From positions 3,072,001 to 3,136,000 of the forward strand of contig OY970342.1 in assembly GCA_963717505.1 (NCBI GenBank): DNA of 64,000 nt, in the 5' to 3' direction. The DNA is from Candidatus Eiseniibacteriota bacterium. GTDB lineage: Bacteria > Eisenbacteria > RBG-16-71-46. The position numbers and the translations under genes are program-made. Positions 21,322 through 30,138 of this stretch are shown here, piece after piece (position 1 is the stretch's first letter; the number at the start of each line of letters is the position of its first letter). The notes below the pieces were generated by a model. The model did no database searches, had not been told where the DNA came from, and saw nothing but the letters and a program-made list of their open reading frames with translations.

Positions 21322-21872
21322 AAACCCTCCTGCTCGCGATCGCCCTGCTCGGTCCAATCGAGGCGCTGGATCGCGGGATTCAGGACTGGGTGCAGCAGCA
21401 CACGCGCCCGGGATTGGATCGACCGGCGCGCATGCTGACGGACGTCGGTCGCCCCTGGATCCTGGCCGGCACGCTGGCGGGAATTGCGCTGTTCGATCGA
21501 ACGGCCGGCGTGGCCACCGCCGGCCGCGCCTTGATGGTGCTGGTTCCGACCAACCTCGCGGTGGAGGGGCTCAAGCGGCTCACGTTCCGCGCGCGACCGG
21601 ACGGCGAACGCAAGCGCTCGAACGCCTCGTTCCCTTCGAGCCACGCGGGCAACGCGTTTGCGATCGCCGCGGTTCTGGCCGGGCGCTGGCGCCGATGGGC
21701 GCCTGGGTTCTACGCCTTCGCCACCGGAGTCGCGTTGTCGCGAATGGTCCTCAATCGCCACTATTTCACGGACGTCCTGGCGGGCGCTGCGATCGGGCTC
21801 GGCTCGGCCTGGCTCGTGGACCGATTCCTCGCCGCGCGCGCCGCCCGCCGGGCTGCGAAGCCATCCGGGTAG
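21318..21872 (+). CDS. PAP2-family membrane phosphatase
   Basis: KRLTFRARP, SFPSSH, SRMVLNRHYFTDV = three PAP2 motifs. Confidence 0.9.
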   Translation: MKTLLLAIALLGPIEALDRGIQDWVQQHTRPGLDRPARMLTDVGRPWILAGTLAGIALFDRTAGVATAGRALMVLVPTNLAVEGLKRLTFRARPDGERKRSNASFPSSHAGNAFAIAAVLAGRWRRWAPGFYAFATGVALSRMVLNRHYFTDVLAGAAIGLGSAWLVDRFLAARAARRAAKPSG

Positions 21873-21920
21873 CCGCCACCACCACCGGTCTGATAAGGTG
21901 CGCACGGCGGAGGATTGCCG

Positions 21921-22388
21921 ATGTCGACTTCGACCGGCCCTGCAGTTCTCGACACCTCGCTCGCCATCCCGGAACTCAGGCTGAAGCGCAAAGACGCCGC
22001 ACTGCAGGAGATCGTGGATCGCGTACGCGATCCCGCGGCCCTGGGTGATGCCGGTTTGCTCCTCGAGACGCTGCTGCTCCGCGAACGACTGGGCTCGACC
22101 GCAGTCGGCAAGGGGGTGGCGCTGCCGAACGCCCGCTCGATCGCGGTGCCCGAACCCCGGCTGGTGGTCGCGCGCTCCTTCCGCGGTATCGACTGGCGGG
22201 CACCCGACGGGGCCGACGTCGAGCTGGTGTTCCTGGTGTTGTCGCCGGCCGAGTGGTCGGTGGAAATGCACCATGAGCAGCTGGGGCGCGCCGCCACGTT
22301 CGCCCGGCTTCAGCGCAACCGGCAGCGCGTGCTCGAAGCACCGGACGCCGAAGCCATGGTGTCGGTGGTGCGGGAGATCGCGCCATGA
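21921..22388 (+). CDS. PTS IIA (Fru/Ntr-family) domain protein lacking phospho-His
   Basis: RERLGSTAVGKGVALPNAR, GIDW.APDG..V.LVFL; canonical PH is PN. Confidence 0.85.
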   Translation: MSTSTGPAVLDTSLAIPELRLKRKDAALQEIVDRVRDPAALGDAGLLLETLLLRERLGSTAVGKGVALPNARSIAVPEPRLVVARSFRGIDWRAPDGADVELVFLVLSPAEWSVEMHHEQLGRAATFARLQRNRQRVLEAPDAEAMVSVVREIAP

Positions 22389-22416
22389 GTCGGACCGAAC
22401 CCCGGATGGAGATCCG

Positions 22417-22752
22417 ATGAGCGTCGGCGACATCCTGAGGCTCCACGATGTCCACCTGCTCGAAGGTGAGCTGGGGGACGGTCCCGCGGTGTCGCGCCTG
22501 CGCAAGCTCGGGCTGACGATCGCCCCCCATCGCGACGTCGAGCGGGTGCGCGAACGGTGCCTGGCCGCGATCGACCCGCGCTGGCGGACGCTCTACGAAC
22601 GCGCTCATCGCCGATACGGACGGGGCGTGGTCGCGGTGCGCGACCGGGTTTGTCAGGGCTGTCGGGTGACACTACCGACCTCGGCGGCGCCGTCGGGCCC
22701 CGGCCTGCTGACCCAGTGCGAGTCCTGCGGGCGCGTCCTCTATTGGCGCTAG
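22417..22752 (+). CDS. C4-type zinc-ribbon protein (DUF164/zf-RING_7-like, short)
   Basis: LYER...VCQGCRV...QCESCGRVLYW; ATG 22417 after GGAG. Confidence 0.8.
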   Translation: MSVGDILRLHDVHLLEGELGDGPAVSRLRKLGLTIAPHRDVERVRERCLAAIDPRWRTLYERAHRRYGRGVVAVRDRVCQGCRVTLPTSAAPSGPGLLTQCESCGRVLYWR

Positions 22753-22837
22753 CCGGCACGCCCGGCCCCTCGCTCTGCTATGCTCGACCGGTCACCGGGC
22801 AACCCAGAACCCGGCCGGGAGCCTCCAAGGAGAACCC

Positions 22838-23257
22838 ATGCGTCATCGCCGAGGGCCGCGAATCCTGCTCGCGGCGCTCTGGATCGCGGGCTCGGGCTGC
22901 ACCTCGCTGCGCGAGATCCCGCCGAGCGACTACGCGGCACAGGAAGAACGCAAGCACGTGCGGGTCGAAACCCGCGAAGGGTTGCAGTACGAGTTCGACT
23001 ACATGCGCGTCGAGGGAGACTCGCTGGTCGGGTTCCGGCGCCAGGACGTTGAAGGCTCGTTCGACGAGTTCGCGACCCTGCGCATGTCGTTCGACAACGT
23101 TCAGAAACTCTCGAGCCGTGGCGTGGATTGGTATCGGACCGGTCTCGTGGGAGGCGGCGTGCTGGCCGCGGTGCTGATCGCCGGGCTGAGCGCGGCGATG
23201 GCCTCTGATGACGGCGAATCCGACGGTGGTCCGGGCAAGCCGCCCGACCCTAGGTGA
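22838..23257 (+). CDS. Putative lipoprotein
   Basis: AGGAG RBS; basic N-terminus, hydrophobic stretch, GSG-C lipobox; C-terminal hydrophobic helix; extended -10 TGCTATGCT at 22776. Confidence 0.7.
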   Translation: MRHRRGPRILLAALWIAGSGCTSLREIPPSDYAAQEERKHVRVETREGLQYEFDYMRVEGDSLVGFRRQDVEGSFDEFATLRMSFDNVQKLSSRGVDWYRTGLVGGGVLAAVLIAGLSAAMASDDGESDGGPGKPPDPR

Positions 23258-23284
23258 TGGGTTCGGCCGGGAGGAGCTGCCGGT

Positions 23285-23650
23285 TCATCGGGTGAGCAGG
23301 TCGGTGATGGCCGCTGAGGCCAGGCCACCGAGGCACGAAGCGGTCAGGTCGAGGGCGTCGAATCTGCCGTTCCGCGCATCCCAGAGTTCCTTGGCGACGC
23401 CGAGTGTGACCGAGCCGACGAGCGCCGCCCCCGGCGAGCGTGAGGGCAGGCCGATCATCGAGCCCGCAGTGAATCCCATGGTGCCATGTTGCATTCGGTC
23501 GGGACGCAGGAGACCGACCTGCCACGACCGCACCAACGGATCCGGGAAGGGTGGTGGCAGGCTGGGGCCGTCCTCGGCCGCCGCCGGCAGAGCACCCGAG
23601 AAGCACAGTGCCAGGAGAGCGAACCGCCATCGCCAGGATCCGACCTTCAT
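23285..23650 (-). CDS. Small exported/membrane protein, YfiM/DUF2279-like
   Basis: GGAGGAA RBS; signal peptide; DRMQH...AKELWD...FDALDL pattern. Confidence 0.65.
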   Translation of the reverse strand: MKVGSWRWRFALLALCFSGALPAAAEDGPSLPPPFPDPLVRSWQVGLLRPDRMQHGTMGFTAGSMIGLPSRSPGAALVGSVTLGVAKELWDARNGRFDALDLTASCLGGLASAAITDLLTR

Positions 23651-23683
23651 CGTGGTTCCTCCGTGTCCCTCGGTATCGGCGCG

Positions 23684-25120
23684 ATGACGCCGCTTCGTGA
23701 GTGGCTGAGCCGGGTGCTGATCGGCGACGATCCACGCGCCGCGACCGCGCGCGCGGCCGCGCGTCTGAGTGCCACCGCCTGGCCGGCCGGGACGCTCGAA
23801 GTGCTCGGGCGATTGCGGGCCGAGGAGGGCCAAGCCTACCTGGTGGGCGGCACAGTGCGTGACGCGCTGCTCGATCGCGAGGCGCATGCGACCGTGGACG
23901 TTGCGACCGACCGAACCCCGGCCCAGGTACTGGCGCTCTTCGCTCGCGTCGAGCCGGTCGGTATCCGCCACGGGACGGTGCTGATCCTCGAAGGATCTCT
24001 CAAGGTCGAGTGCACGACCTTCCGCCGGGAGTCGGGCTACGCCGATGCCCGCCATCCGGACGCGGTCCTGTTCACGCACGACCCGATCGAGGATCTGTCA
24101 CGACGCGACCTGACGGTGAACGCGATGGCCTGGGACCCGGAGGCGCGCCGGCTGCTCGATCCGCACGGCGGTGCACTCGATCTCGAGCGCCGCGTGTTGC
24201 GCGCGGTCGGGGATCCCGAGCGGCGTTTCCGCGAGGACGCGCTCCGCCCGCTGCGGGTGGCGCGCCTGGCGGCGACCCTCGGGCTCGAGCCGGAACCCGA
24301 GACGCGAGCCGCCCTCGGCCGCGTGCTCGATCGCGCGCGGCGCATTGCCTGGGAGCGCGTCGGGCAGGAGCTGGATCGCATGATGCGCGCACCCCGGCCT
24401 TCGGTCGGCTTCGAGCTGCTGCGCGAGTCGGACCTGCTCGCCCTTTGGTTGCCCGAGCTGGCCCGCTGCGCCGGCGTGCCGCAGAATCGCTGGCACGCGT
24501 TCGACGTCTATCAACACTCGCTGCGCGTGTGCGACGCGGCGCCGCCCGAGAAGCCGCGCGTGCGCTGGGCCGCCCTGCTGCACGACATCGGCAAGCCCGA
24601 CACGCGCGTCGAGCGCGACGGGGAAGGCACCTTCTATCAGCATCAGGTGGTGGGCGCCGAGCTCGCCGATCGCGCGCTCCGCCGGCTCCGGCACCCGGCA
24701 TCCGAGCGCGAGGCGATCGTCCACCTGGTGCGCGAGCACATGTTCGAGTTCCGCTCGGCATGGAGCGACGCTGCGCTCCGCCGCTGGCTGCGCCGCGTCG
24801 GGATCGACGCGGTCGCCGATCTGTTCGACCTGCGCATCGCGGACGCTCTGGGCAAGACCGAGCACGCCGTGTTCCCGGCGGATCTCGAGCGCATGCGGGC
24901 ACGCATCGAGCAACTGCTGGCCGCGTCGTCGGCGCTCGACGTGGCCGACCTCGCGATCGACGGCCGCGACGTCATGCGGGTGCTCGGCGTGCCGCCGGGG
25001 CCGGCGGTCGGCCGGGTGTTGGAGTCGTTGCTGCACGAGGTGCTCGAGCACCCGGAACTCAATCAACGCGAGCGTCTCATCGCGCGCCTCGACGCGATGC
25101 GCATCGCGGTCAGTTCTTGA
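23684..25120 (+). CDS. cca: CCA-adding/poly(A) polymerase family nucleotidyltransferase with HD domain
   Basis: LVGGTVRD, TTFR, DLSRRDLTVNAMA, FREDALR, ALLHDIGK; DxD motif reads TVD. Confidence 0.85.
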   Translation: MTPLREWLSRVLIGDDPRAATARAAARLSATAWPAGTLEVLGRLRAEEGQAYLVGGTVRDALLDREAHATVDVATDRTPAQVLALFARVEPVGIRHGTVLILEGSLKVECTTFRRESGYADARHPDAVLFTHDPIEDLSRRDLTVNAMAWDPEARRLLDPHGGALDLERRVLRAVGDPERRFREDALRPLRVARLAATLGLEPEPETRAALGRVLDRARRIAWERVGQELDRMMRAPRPSVGFELLRESDLLALWLPELARCAGVPQNRWHAFDVYQHSLRVCDAAPPEKPRVRWAALLHDIGKPDTRVERDGEGTFYQHQVVGAELADRALRRLRHPASEREAIVHLVREHMFEFRSAWSDAALRRWLRRVGIDAVADLFDLRIADALGKTEHAVFPADLERMRARIEQLLAASSALDVADLAIDGRDVMRVLGVPPGPAVGRVLESLLHEVLEHPELNQRERLIARLDAMRIAVSS

Positions 25121-25146
25121 CAGTGTTCGCAACCGACCCGTATCCT
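25117..25146 (+). promoter_or_regulatory. sigma70-type promoter TTGACA-N18-TATCCT
   Basis: Perfect -35 overlapping the cca stop; -10 at 25141-25146. Confidence 0.65.
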
Positions 25147-25197
25147 GCGTCGCCGCAAATGCGCGATGGATCCCCGATCCGCCTCCCGGAGTCCTTG

Positions 25198-26199
25198 ATG
25201 ACCCTGTCGGCCGTGCAAAAGCCCGTCCGCCGCGAGCTCGGGCAGGTGCAGGCACTGCTTCGTTCCTCGTTCCAGACGCCGATTCCGCTGATGAACCAGG
25301 TCGGCGGTCACGTGCTGGCGACCCGGGGCAAGAAGTTCCGCCCGACCCTGCTGCTCCTGGTGGCCAAGGCACGTGGCGCCATGAGCGATGATGCCGTGCG
25401 CTGCGCGACGGTGATCGAACTGGTGCACGCCGCCTCGCTGATCCACGACGATTCGGTGGATCGCAGCGCACTCCGCCACGGCCAGCCGACCGTGAACGGC
25501 ATGTGGAGCGACGAGATGGCGATCATCATGGGCGACTACCTCTACGCCCAGGCGATGGCGATCCTGGTGCGCCACAAGCTCGGGCTGGCGATGGAAGTCA
25601 TGGCTCGGGTGGTGGCCGAGATGTCGTGTGGCGAGGCGCTCGAGTTCCAGCACGTCCGCGACTTCGAGATCACCGAGGCTCGCTACGAGGAGATCCTGCG
25701 CGCCAAGACCGGATCGCTGATCGCCGCCGCTACCGAGATCGGCGCCGGCCTGAATGGCGGTGCGCGTTCGCCGCGGGTGCGCGAGCGATTCCGGCGCTTC
25801 GGCGAGGCGCTGGGCGTCGCATTCCAGATTGCCGACGACCTGCTCGACTGGCAGGGGGATCCGCAGGTGACCGGCAAGTCGGTCGGCTCGGACCTCGACG
25901 AGGGCAAGGTGACGCTGCCGCTGATCGCGGCCCTGCGCGCGGCCACCGCCGCGGACCGCCGCGCGATGCTCAAGCTCGCCCGCCGCCGGCATCGCTCGCC
26001 GGATCAATGGCGCGAGTTGATCGAGCGGATCGAGCGTGCGGGCGGTTTCGCGTATGCGCGCGCGCGTGCCGATCAGCTCGCCGACGAGGCGCGCACGCTG
26101 GGCAACGGCGAATGGACGCCGGCGCCGCGCGGCGCCGCGGCCGACGCGCGCCGTGCGCTGGTCCGCGCGATCGGCTACGCCGCGCGGCGCGACCGTTGA
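25198..26199 (+). CDS. Long-chain polyprenyl diphosphate synthase
   Basis: GKKFRP, HDDSVD...LRHG, GDYL, KTG, FQIADDLLD, GK.TLP. Confidence 0.93.
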   Translation: MTLSAVQKPVRRELGQVQALLRSSFQTPIPLMNQVGGHVLATRGKKFRPTLLLLVAKARGAMSDDAVRCATVIELVHAASLIHDDSVDRSALRHGQPTVNGMWSDEMAIIMGDYLYAQAMAILVRHKLGLAMEVMARVVAEMSCGEALEFQHVRDFEITEARYEEILRAKTGSLIAAATEIGAGLNGGARSPRVRERFRRFGEALGVAFQIADDLLDWQGDPQVTGKSVGSDLDEGKVTLPLIAALRAATAADRRAMLKLARRRHRSPDQWRELIERIERAGGFAYARARADQLADEARTLGNGEWTPAPRGAAADARRALVRAIGYAARRDR

Positions 26200-26233
26200 C
26201 CCGCCGCGCATGCGGCGAGCGGAGGTCGCAACC

Positions 26234-26617
26234 ATGACTCGGCCCCGGCCCCAGCCGTCCCTGGCGGCGCTCGAGCTGCTGCAGGCCGCGGCGGAAACCG
26301 CGATCGCCAAGAAGGCGGCCGATCCGGTCGCTCTCGACCTGCGGGACGTCGGCGGTGTTTGCGACTACTTCTTCATCTGTTCGGGCAGCAGCGAGGTTCA
26401 GGTCAAGGCGATCGCCGAAGCGATCGAGGACCGGCTGCGCGAACGCGGAGCGCGCCCGTGGCACGTCGAAGGACTGGAGAGCCGGCGCTGGGTGCTCCTC
26501 GACTATGTCGAGGTCGTCGTCCACGTCTTCCACGCGCGTACGCGCGAGTACTACATGCTCGATCGCCTTTGGGGCGACGCCCGGAGCGTTCCGCTTGATC
26601 TGGACCTCGCTGACTGA
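26234..26617 (+). CDS. rsfS: Ribosome silencing factor
   Basis: KKA.D...LDL, DYFFICSG, WVLLDY..VVVHVF...REYY.LDRLW. Confidence 0.93.
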   Translation: MTRPRPQPSLAALELLQAAAETAIAKKAADPVALDLRDVGGVCDYFFICSGSSEVQVKAIAEAIEDRLRERGARPWHVEGLESRRWVLLDYVEVVVHVFHARTREYYMLDRLWGDARSVPLDLDLAD

Positions 26618-28307
26618 GGGAATCGCCGCCGCGCTGCGCACGATCGGGGCCGGAGACCCGGTGGACGCGGGCACGATCGAGCTGGCGATTCCGCGCGATG
26701 CCACCCACGGCGACTGGACCAGCAACGTCGCCATGGCGCTGGCGCGCACCCTGAAACGGCCGCCGCGCGCGTTGGCGGAAGCGATCGCTGCGGCGTTCCC
26801 GCAGGATCCGCGCCTCGAGACGCCCACGGTGGCCGGCCCCGGGTTCCTGAACTTTCGCTATCGCTCGGAATTCCTCGCGTCGTTGCCGGGCCGGATTCGC
26901 GAGGTCGGCGAGGCGTTCGGACGCCACGACCACGCCCAGGGCGAGGCGGTGGTGGTCGAGTACGTGAGTGCCAATCCCACGGGTCCGCTCAACGTGGTCA
27001 GTGGGCGCGCGGCCGCGGTCGGCGCGGCCCTGGTCCGTCTGTTGCGCGCCACCGGGCACCGCGCCGAGGGCGAGTTCTACGTCAACGACGCCGGCAATCA
27101 GGTCGACCTGCTCGGCGCATCGGTGGCGGCGCGATTCGCCGAACGCATCGGCATGGCGCGACCGTTTCCGGAGCAGGGCTACAAGGGCGAGTACGTGGCC
27201 GAGCTGGCGGCGGCGCTGCCCGAGGCCGAAGCACGCGCCGCACTCGGGCGTGACCAGGTCGCCTGGTTCCGTCGCGAGGCGCTCGAGCGCATGCTGGCCA
27301 GCCAGCGGCGCGATCTCGCCGACTACGGCGCCGAGTTCGCCACCTGGTTTCGCGAGTCGACGGTCCACGAGCGCGGCGACGTCGCGAGCACTCTGCGCGA
27401 GCTCGAGCAGCGCGAGATGACCTACCGCGCGACCCGGCCCGAAGTCGACACCGGCGGGCGCGACGACGCCGAGGAAGCCGCGGCCACCGGCGAAGCGACC
27501 TGGCTGCGCACCAGCCGCTTCGGGGACGAAAAAGACCGAGTGATCGTCAAGAGCGACGGCCAGCCGACGTACCTATTGCCGGACATCGCGTACCACCGGG
27601 ACAAGCGGGCGCGCGGGTTTCGCCGGGCGATCGACCTTTGGGGGCCGGATCACCACGCGCACATCGCGCGCATGAAGGCCGCGCTCGCGGCCCTGGGGGT
27701 CGAGCCCGATTTTCTCGAGGTGCTCATCGTCCAGCAGGTCAACCTGCTCGCCGGCGGCCAGCCGGTGAAGATGAGCAAGCGCGCGGGTGAGTTCGTCACC
27801 CTGCGCGACCTGATGGAGGACGTCGGCGCCGATTGCGCCAAGTTCTTCTTCCTGATGCGCGGCACCAGCGCCCACCTCGACTTCGACCTCGACCTCGCCC
27901 GGCGCCAGAACGACGACAATCCTGCCTTCTACGTTCAGTACGCGCACGCGCGCATCTGCTCGGTGATCGCTTTCGGAGCGGAGCGGGGCGCGGCCCCGGG
28001 TCCGGGGGCTCAACCCGAAGCGCCGGAGGAAGTGGCACTCGTTCGACTGCTGGCGACGTTTCCCGAGGTGATCCGCGGCGCGGCGTTCACCCGGGAACCG
28101 CAACGGATCCCGGCGTTCCTGATCGAGGCCTCCGCAGCGTTCCACCGCTTCTACCATGCCTGCCGGGTGGTGACCGAGGACGCGGCGCGCACCCGGTCGC
28201 GCCTCGAACTCGCCGATGCCACGCGCATCGTGCTGCGCAATGGCCTGGCCCTGATCGGCGTGACCGCGCCCGAGCGCATGGCGCGGGCCGTGGAGCCGGT
28301 GGCGTGA
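26595..28307 (+). CDS. argS: Arginine-tRNA ligase
   Basis: HGDWTSN, AGPGFLNF, EYVSANPTGPL, YVNDAGNQ, KMSKRAG, YVQYAHARI; TTG start inferred. Confidence 0.95.
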   Translation: MIWTSLTEGIAAALRTIGAGDPVDAGTIELAIPRDATHGDWTSNVAMALARTLKRPPRALAEAIAAAFPQDPRLETPTVAGPGFLNFRYRSEFLASLPGRIREVGEAFGRHDHAQGEAVVVEYVSANPTGPLNVVSGRAAAVGAALVRLLRATGHRAEGEFYVNDAGNQVDLLGASVAARFAERIGMARPFPEQGYKGEYVAELAAALPEAEARAALGRDQVAWFRREALERMLASQRRDLADYGAEFATWFRESTVHERGDVASTLRELEQREMTYRATRPEVDTGGRDDAEEAAATGEATWLRTSRFGDEKDRVIVKSDGQPTYLLPDIAYHRDKRARGFRRAIDLWGPDHHAHIARMKAALAALGVEPDFLEVLIVQQVNLLAGGQPVKMSKRAGEFVTLRDLMEDVGADCAKFFFLMRGTSAHLDFDLDLARRQNDDNPAFYVQYAHARICSVIAFGAERGAAPGPGAQPEAPEEVALVRLLATFPEVIRGAAFTREPQRIPAFLIEASAAFHRFYHACRVVTEDAARTRSRLELADATRIVLRNGLALIGVTAPERMARAVEPVA

Positions 28308-29251
28308 GCGACCGGAGCATCCTGGTGGTCGGGTCGGTCGCACTCGACTCGATTCGCACGCCGTTCGGCGCGGTCGAGGAGGCGCTCGGCGGCTCGGCGT
28401 CGTATTTCGCGGTCTCGGCCAGCCACTTCGCGCCGGTGCGGGTCATCGCCGTGGTCGGCGAGGATTTCCCCGACGAGCATCGCACGCTGTTCGCCGAGCG
28501 CGGCATCGACACCTCGGGACTCGAAGTCGCGGCCGGCCGTACGTTTCGCTGGCGGGGGGAGTACGCCGCCGAGCTGGGGCACGCGCACACGCTCGAGACC
28601 CAGCTCAACGTGTTCTCGGAGTTCCACCCGCAGCTCGAGGACCGCCATCGGCAGACGCCGTTCGTGTTCCTCGCGAACATCGACCCGGAGCTCCAGCTCG
28701 AAGTGCTCCGCCAGACGCGCGGCGCGCGTCTGACACTCTCGGACACCATGAACTACTGGATCGCGCGGCGACCCGATCGCGTGCTCGACGTACTCCGCGA
28801 AGTCGACATCGCGCTGTTCAACGAGGAAGAGGCGCGCTCGCTGGCCGGCGAGACCCAGATCGTGCGGGCGGCCGAGCGGCTGCTCGAGCAGGGAGCCCGC
28901 GCGGTGATCATCAAGAAGGGCGAGCACGGCGCGCTCTATCAATCACGTGAAGACCGGTTCATCACGCCGGCGTTTCCGGTCGGCAGCCTGGCGGATCCGA
29001 CCGGCGCCGGGGACTCCTTCGCCGGCGGCGTGCTCGGCTGGCTGGCGCGCACCGGTCGCCGCGACACCGCGACCATCCGGCAGGCCCTGGTCTGTGGTTC
29101 GGTCATGGCTTCGATCGCGATCGAGGGGTTCAGTCCACGCCCACTGGCCGAAGTTTCCCCCAGTGAAATCCGGGAACGGGTTCGGGGCCTCCACCGACTG
29201 GTTCACTTCGAGCTGCCCGAGGATCTGCCCGGATCTGATGCGCGACCTTAG
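28304..29251 (+). CDS. PfkB-family carbohydrate/nucleoside kinase
   Basis: VGSVALD, LGGSASY, NEEEA, DPTGAGDSFAGG. Confidence 0.92.
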   Translation: MSDRSILVVGSVALDSIRTPFGAVEEALGGSASYFAVSASHFAPVRVIAVVGEDFPDEHRTLFAERGIDTSGLEVAAGRTFRWRGEYAAELGHAHTLETQLNVFSEFHPQLEDRHRQTPFVFLANIDPELQLEVLRQTRGARLTLSDTMNYWIARRPDRVLDVLREVDIALFNEEEARSLAGETQIVRAAERLLEQGARAVIIKKGEHGALYQSREDRFITPAFPVGSLADPTGAGDSFAGGVLGWLARTGRRDTATIRQALVCGSVMASIAIEGFSPRPLAEVSPSEIRERVRGLHRLVHFELPEDLPGSDARP

Positions 29252-29269
29252 TGTTCCGGGCTAAAGTCA

Positions 29270-29278
29270 TGGTAGAGT
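29270..29278 (+). promoter_or_regulatory. Putative extended -10 promoter TGGTAGAGT for the 29319 gene
   Basis: TGn + TAGAGT in the intergenic gap; GGAGGAG RBS further downstream. Confidence 0.4.
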
Positions 29279-29318
29279 GTGACCTCGACGCCTCACCCCC
29301 CTGGAGGAGCCGCCTGAG

Positions 29319-30038
29319 ATGAGCAGCCCACGGGCACTCGACACCGCCCAAGTGGAAGAAGCCATTCGTCGACACGCCCGAGGTGTCGAAAGCGTGCGGG
29401 TCCAGGCCGAAGGCGAGGATCTGCGCGAGATCCATGTGATGCCGCGGCCGGGGTGGACTGCCAAGCAGATCGTGCGCGATATCAAGACCATCGTGCTCAA
29501 CAAGTTCGACAAGGCGATCGACCATCGCATCGTTTCGGTCGCCGACGCACCCGACGAGTGGCCCGGCGGTGAGGCCGAGCCGGCACCCAAACGCGGAGCG
29601 CCGCGGTCCGTCGACGCGCGTGTCCGATTCGGCAGCGTCAACGTCTATGTCACCGGCCGTCGAGCGCAGGCGCAGGTCGAAGTGCGCTGGAAGGGCGTGC
29701 CGCGCATGGGCAGCGCCTCCGGCTGGAGCAGCCGCGACGAAGCCCTCGATCTGGTGGTTCAGGCCACGCTTGCCACGATCCAGGAATTCCTGGACGATGG
29801 CATCGCCTTCGGGTTCGAGGGCGTCGAGGTGGTTCGAGTCGGACGCCGGGAGGTCGTGGTGGTCGGACTCGAGCTGTTGGCGTATCGTGCCCACAAGAGT
29901 CTGGTGGGTGCGTGCACGGTGGAAGCCGACGTGCAACAGGCGGCAGTGCTCGCCACCTTGTCGGCACTGAATCGTGTGCTGGGCGGACTGCCGACCCGCG
30001 AACCCACCGAATACGTTTTGAGGCCGACATCGTCCTGA
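29319..30038 (+). CDS. Hypothetical cytoplasmic two-domain protein; C-terminal part resembles the LeuA allosteric domain
   Basis: GGAGGAG RBS; N-domain EIHV...KQIVRDIKT...IDHRIVSV; C-end DVQQAAVLATLSALNRVL; fold call by eye. Confidence 0.75.
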   Translation: MSSPRALDTAQVEEAIRRHARGVESVRVQAEGEDLREIHVMPRPGWTAKQIVRDIKTIVLNKFDKAIDHRIVSVADAPDEWPGGEAEPAPKRGAPRSVDARVRFGSVNVYVTGRRAQAQVEVRWKGVPRMGSASGWSSRDEALDLVVQATLATIQEFLDDGIAFGFEGVEVVRVGRREVVVVGLELLAYRAHKSLVGACTVEADVQQAAVLATLSALNRVLGGLPTREPTEYVLRPTSS

Positions 30039-30090
30039 GGGAGGACAGCGAAGCGAAACTGGAGCGAAGCGTACCCACCTGAGGCAGCTC

Positions 30091-30132
30091 AAAAAAAAAC
30101 ACTCCGTCGGGGCAACCCGATCAAAGGAGGTG
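30091..30132 (-). terminator. Hairpin followed by T9 on the minus strand (possible intrinsic terminator of an antisense transcript)
   Basis: TCGGG-GCAA-CCCGA core (30107-30120) extended by CACTCC/GGAG(G)TG; A9 at 30091-30099. Confidence 0.45.
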
Positions 30133-30138
30133 GGTCGC

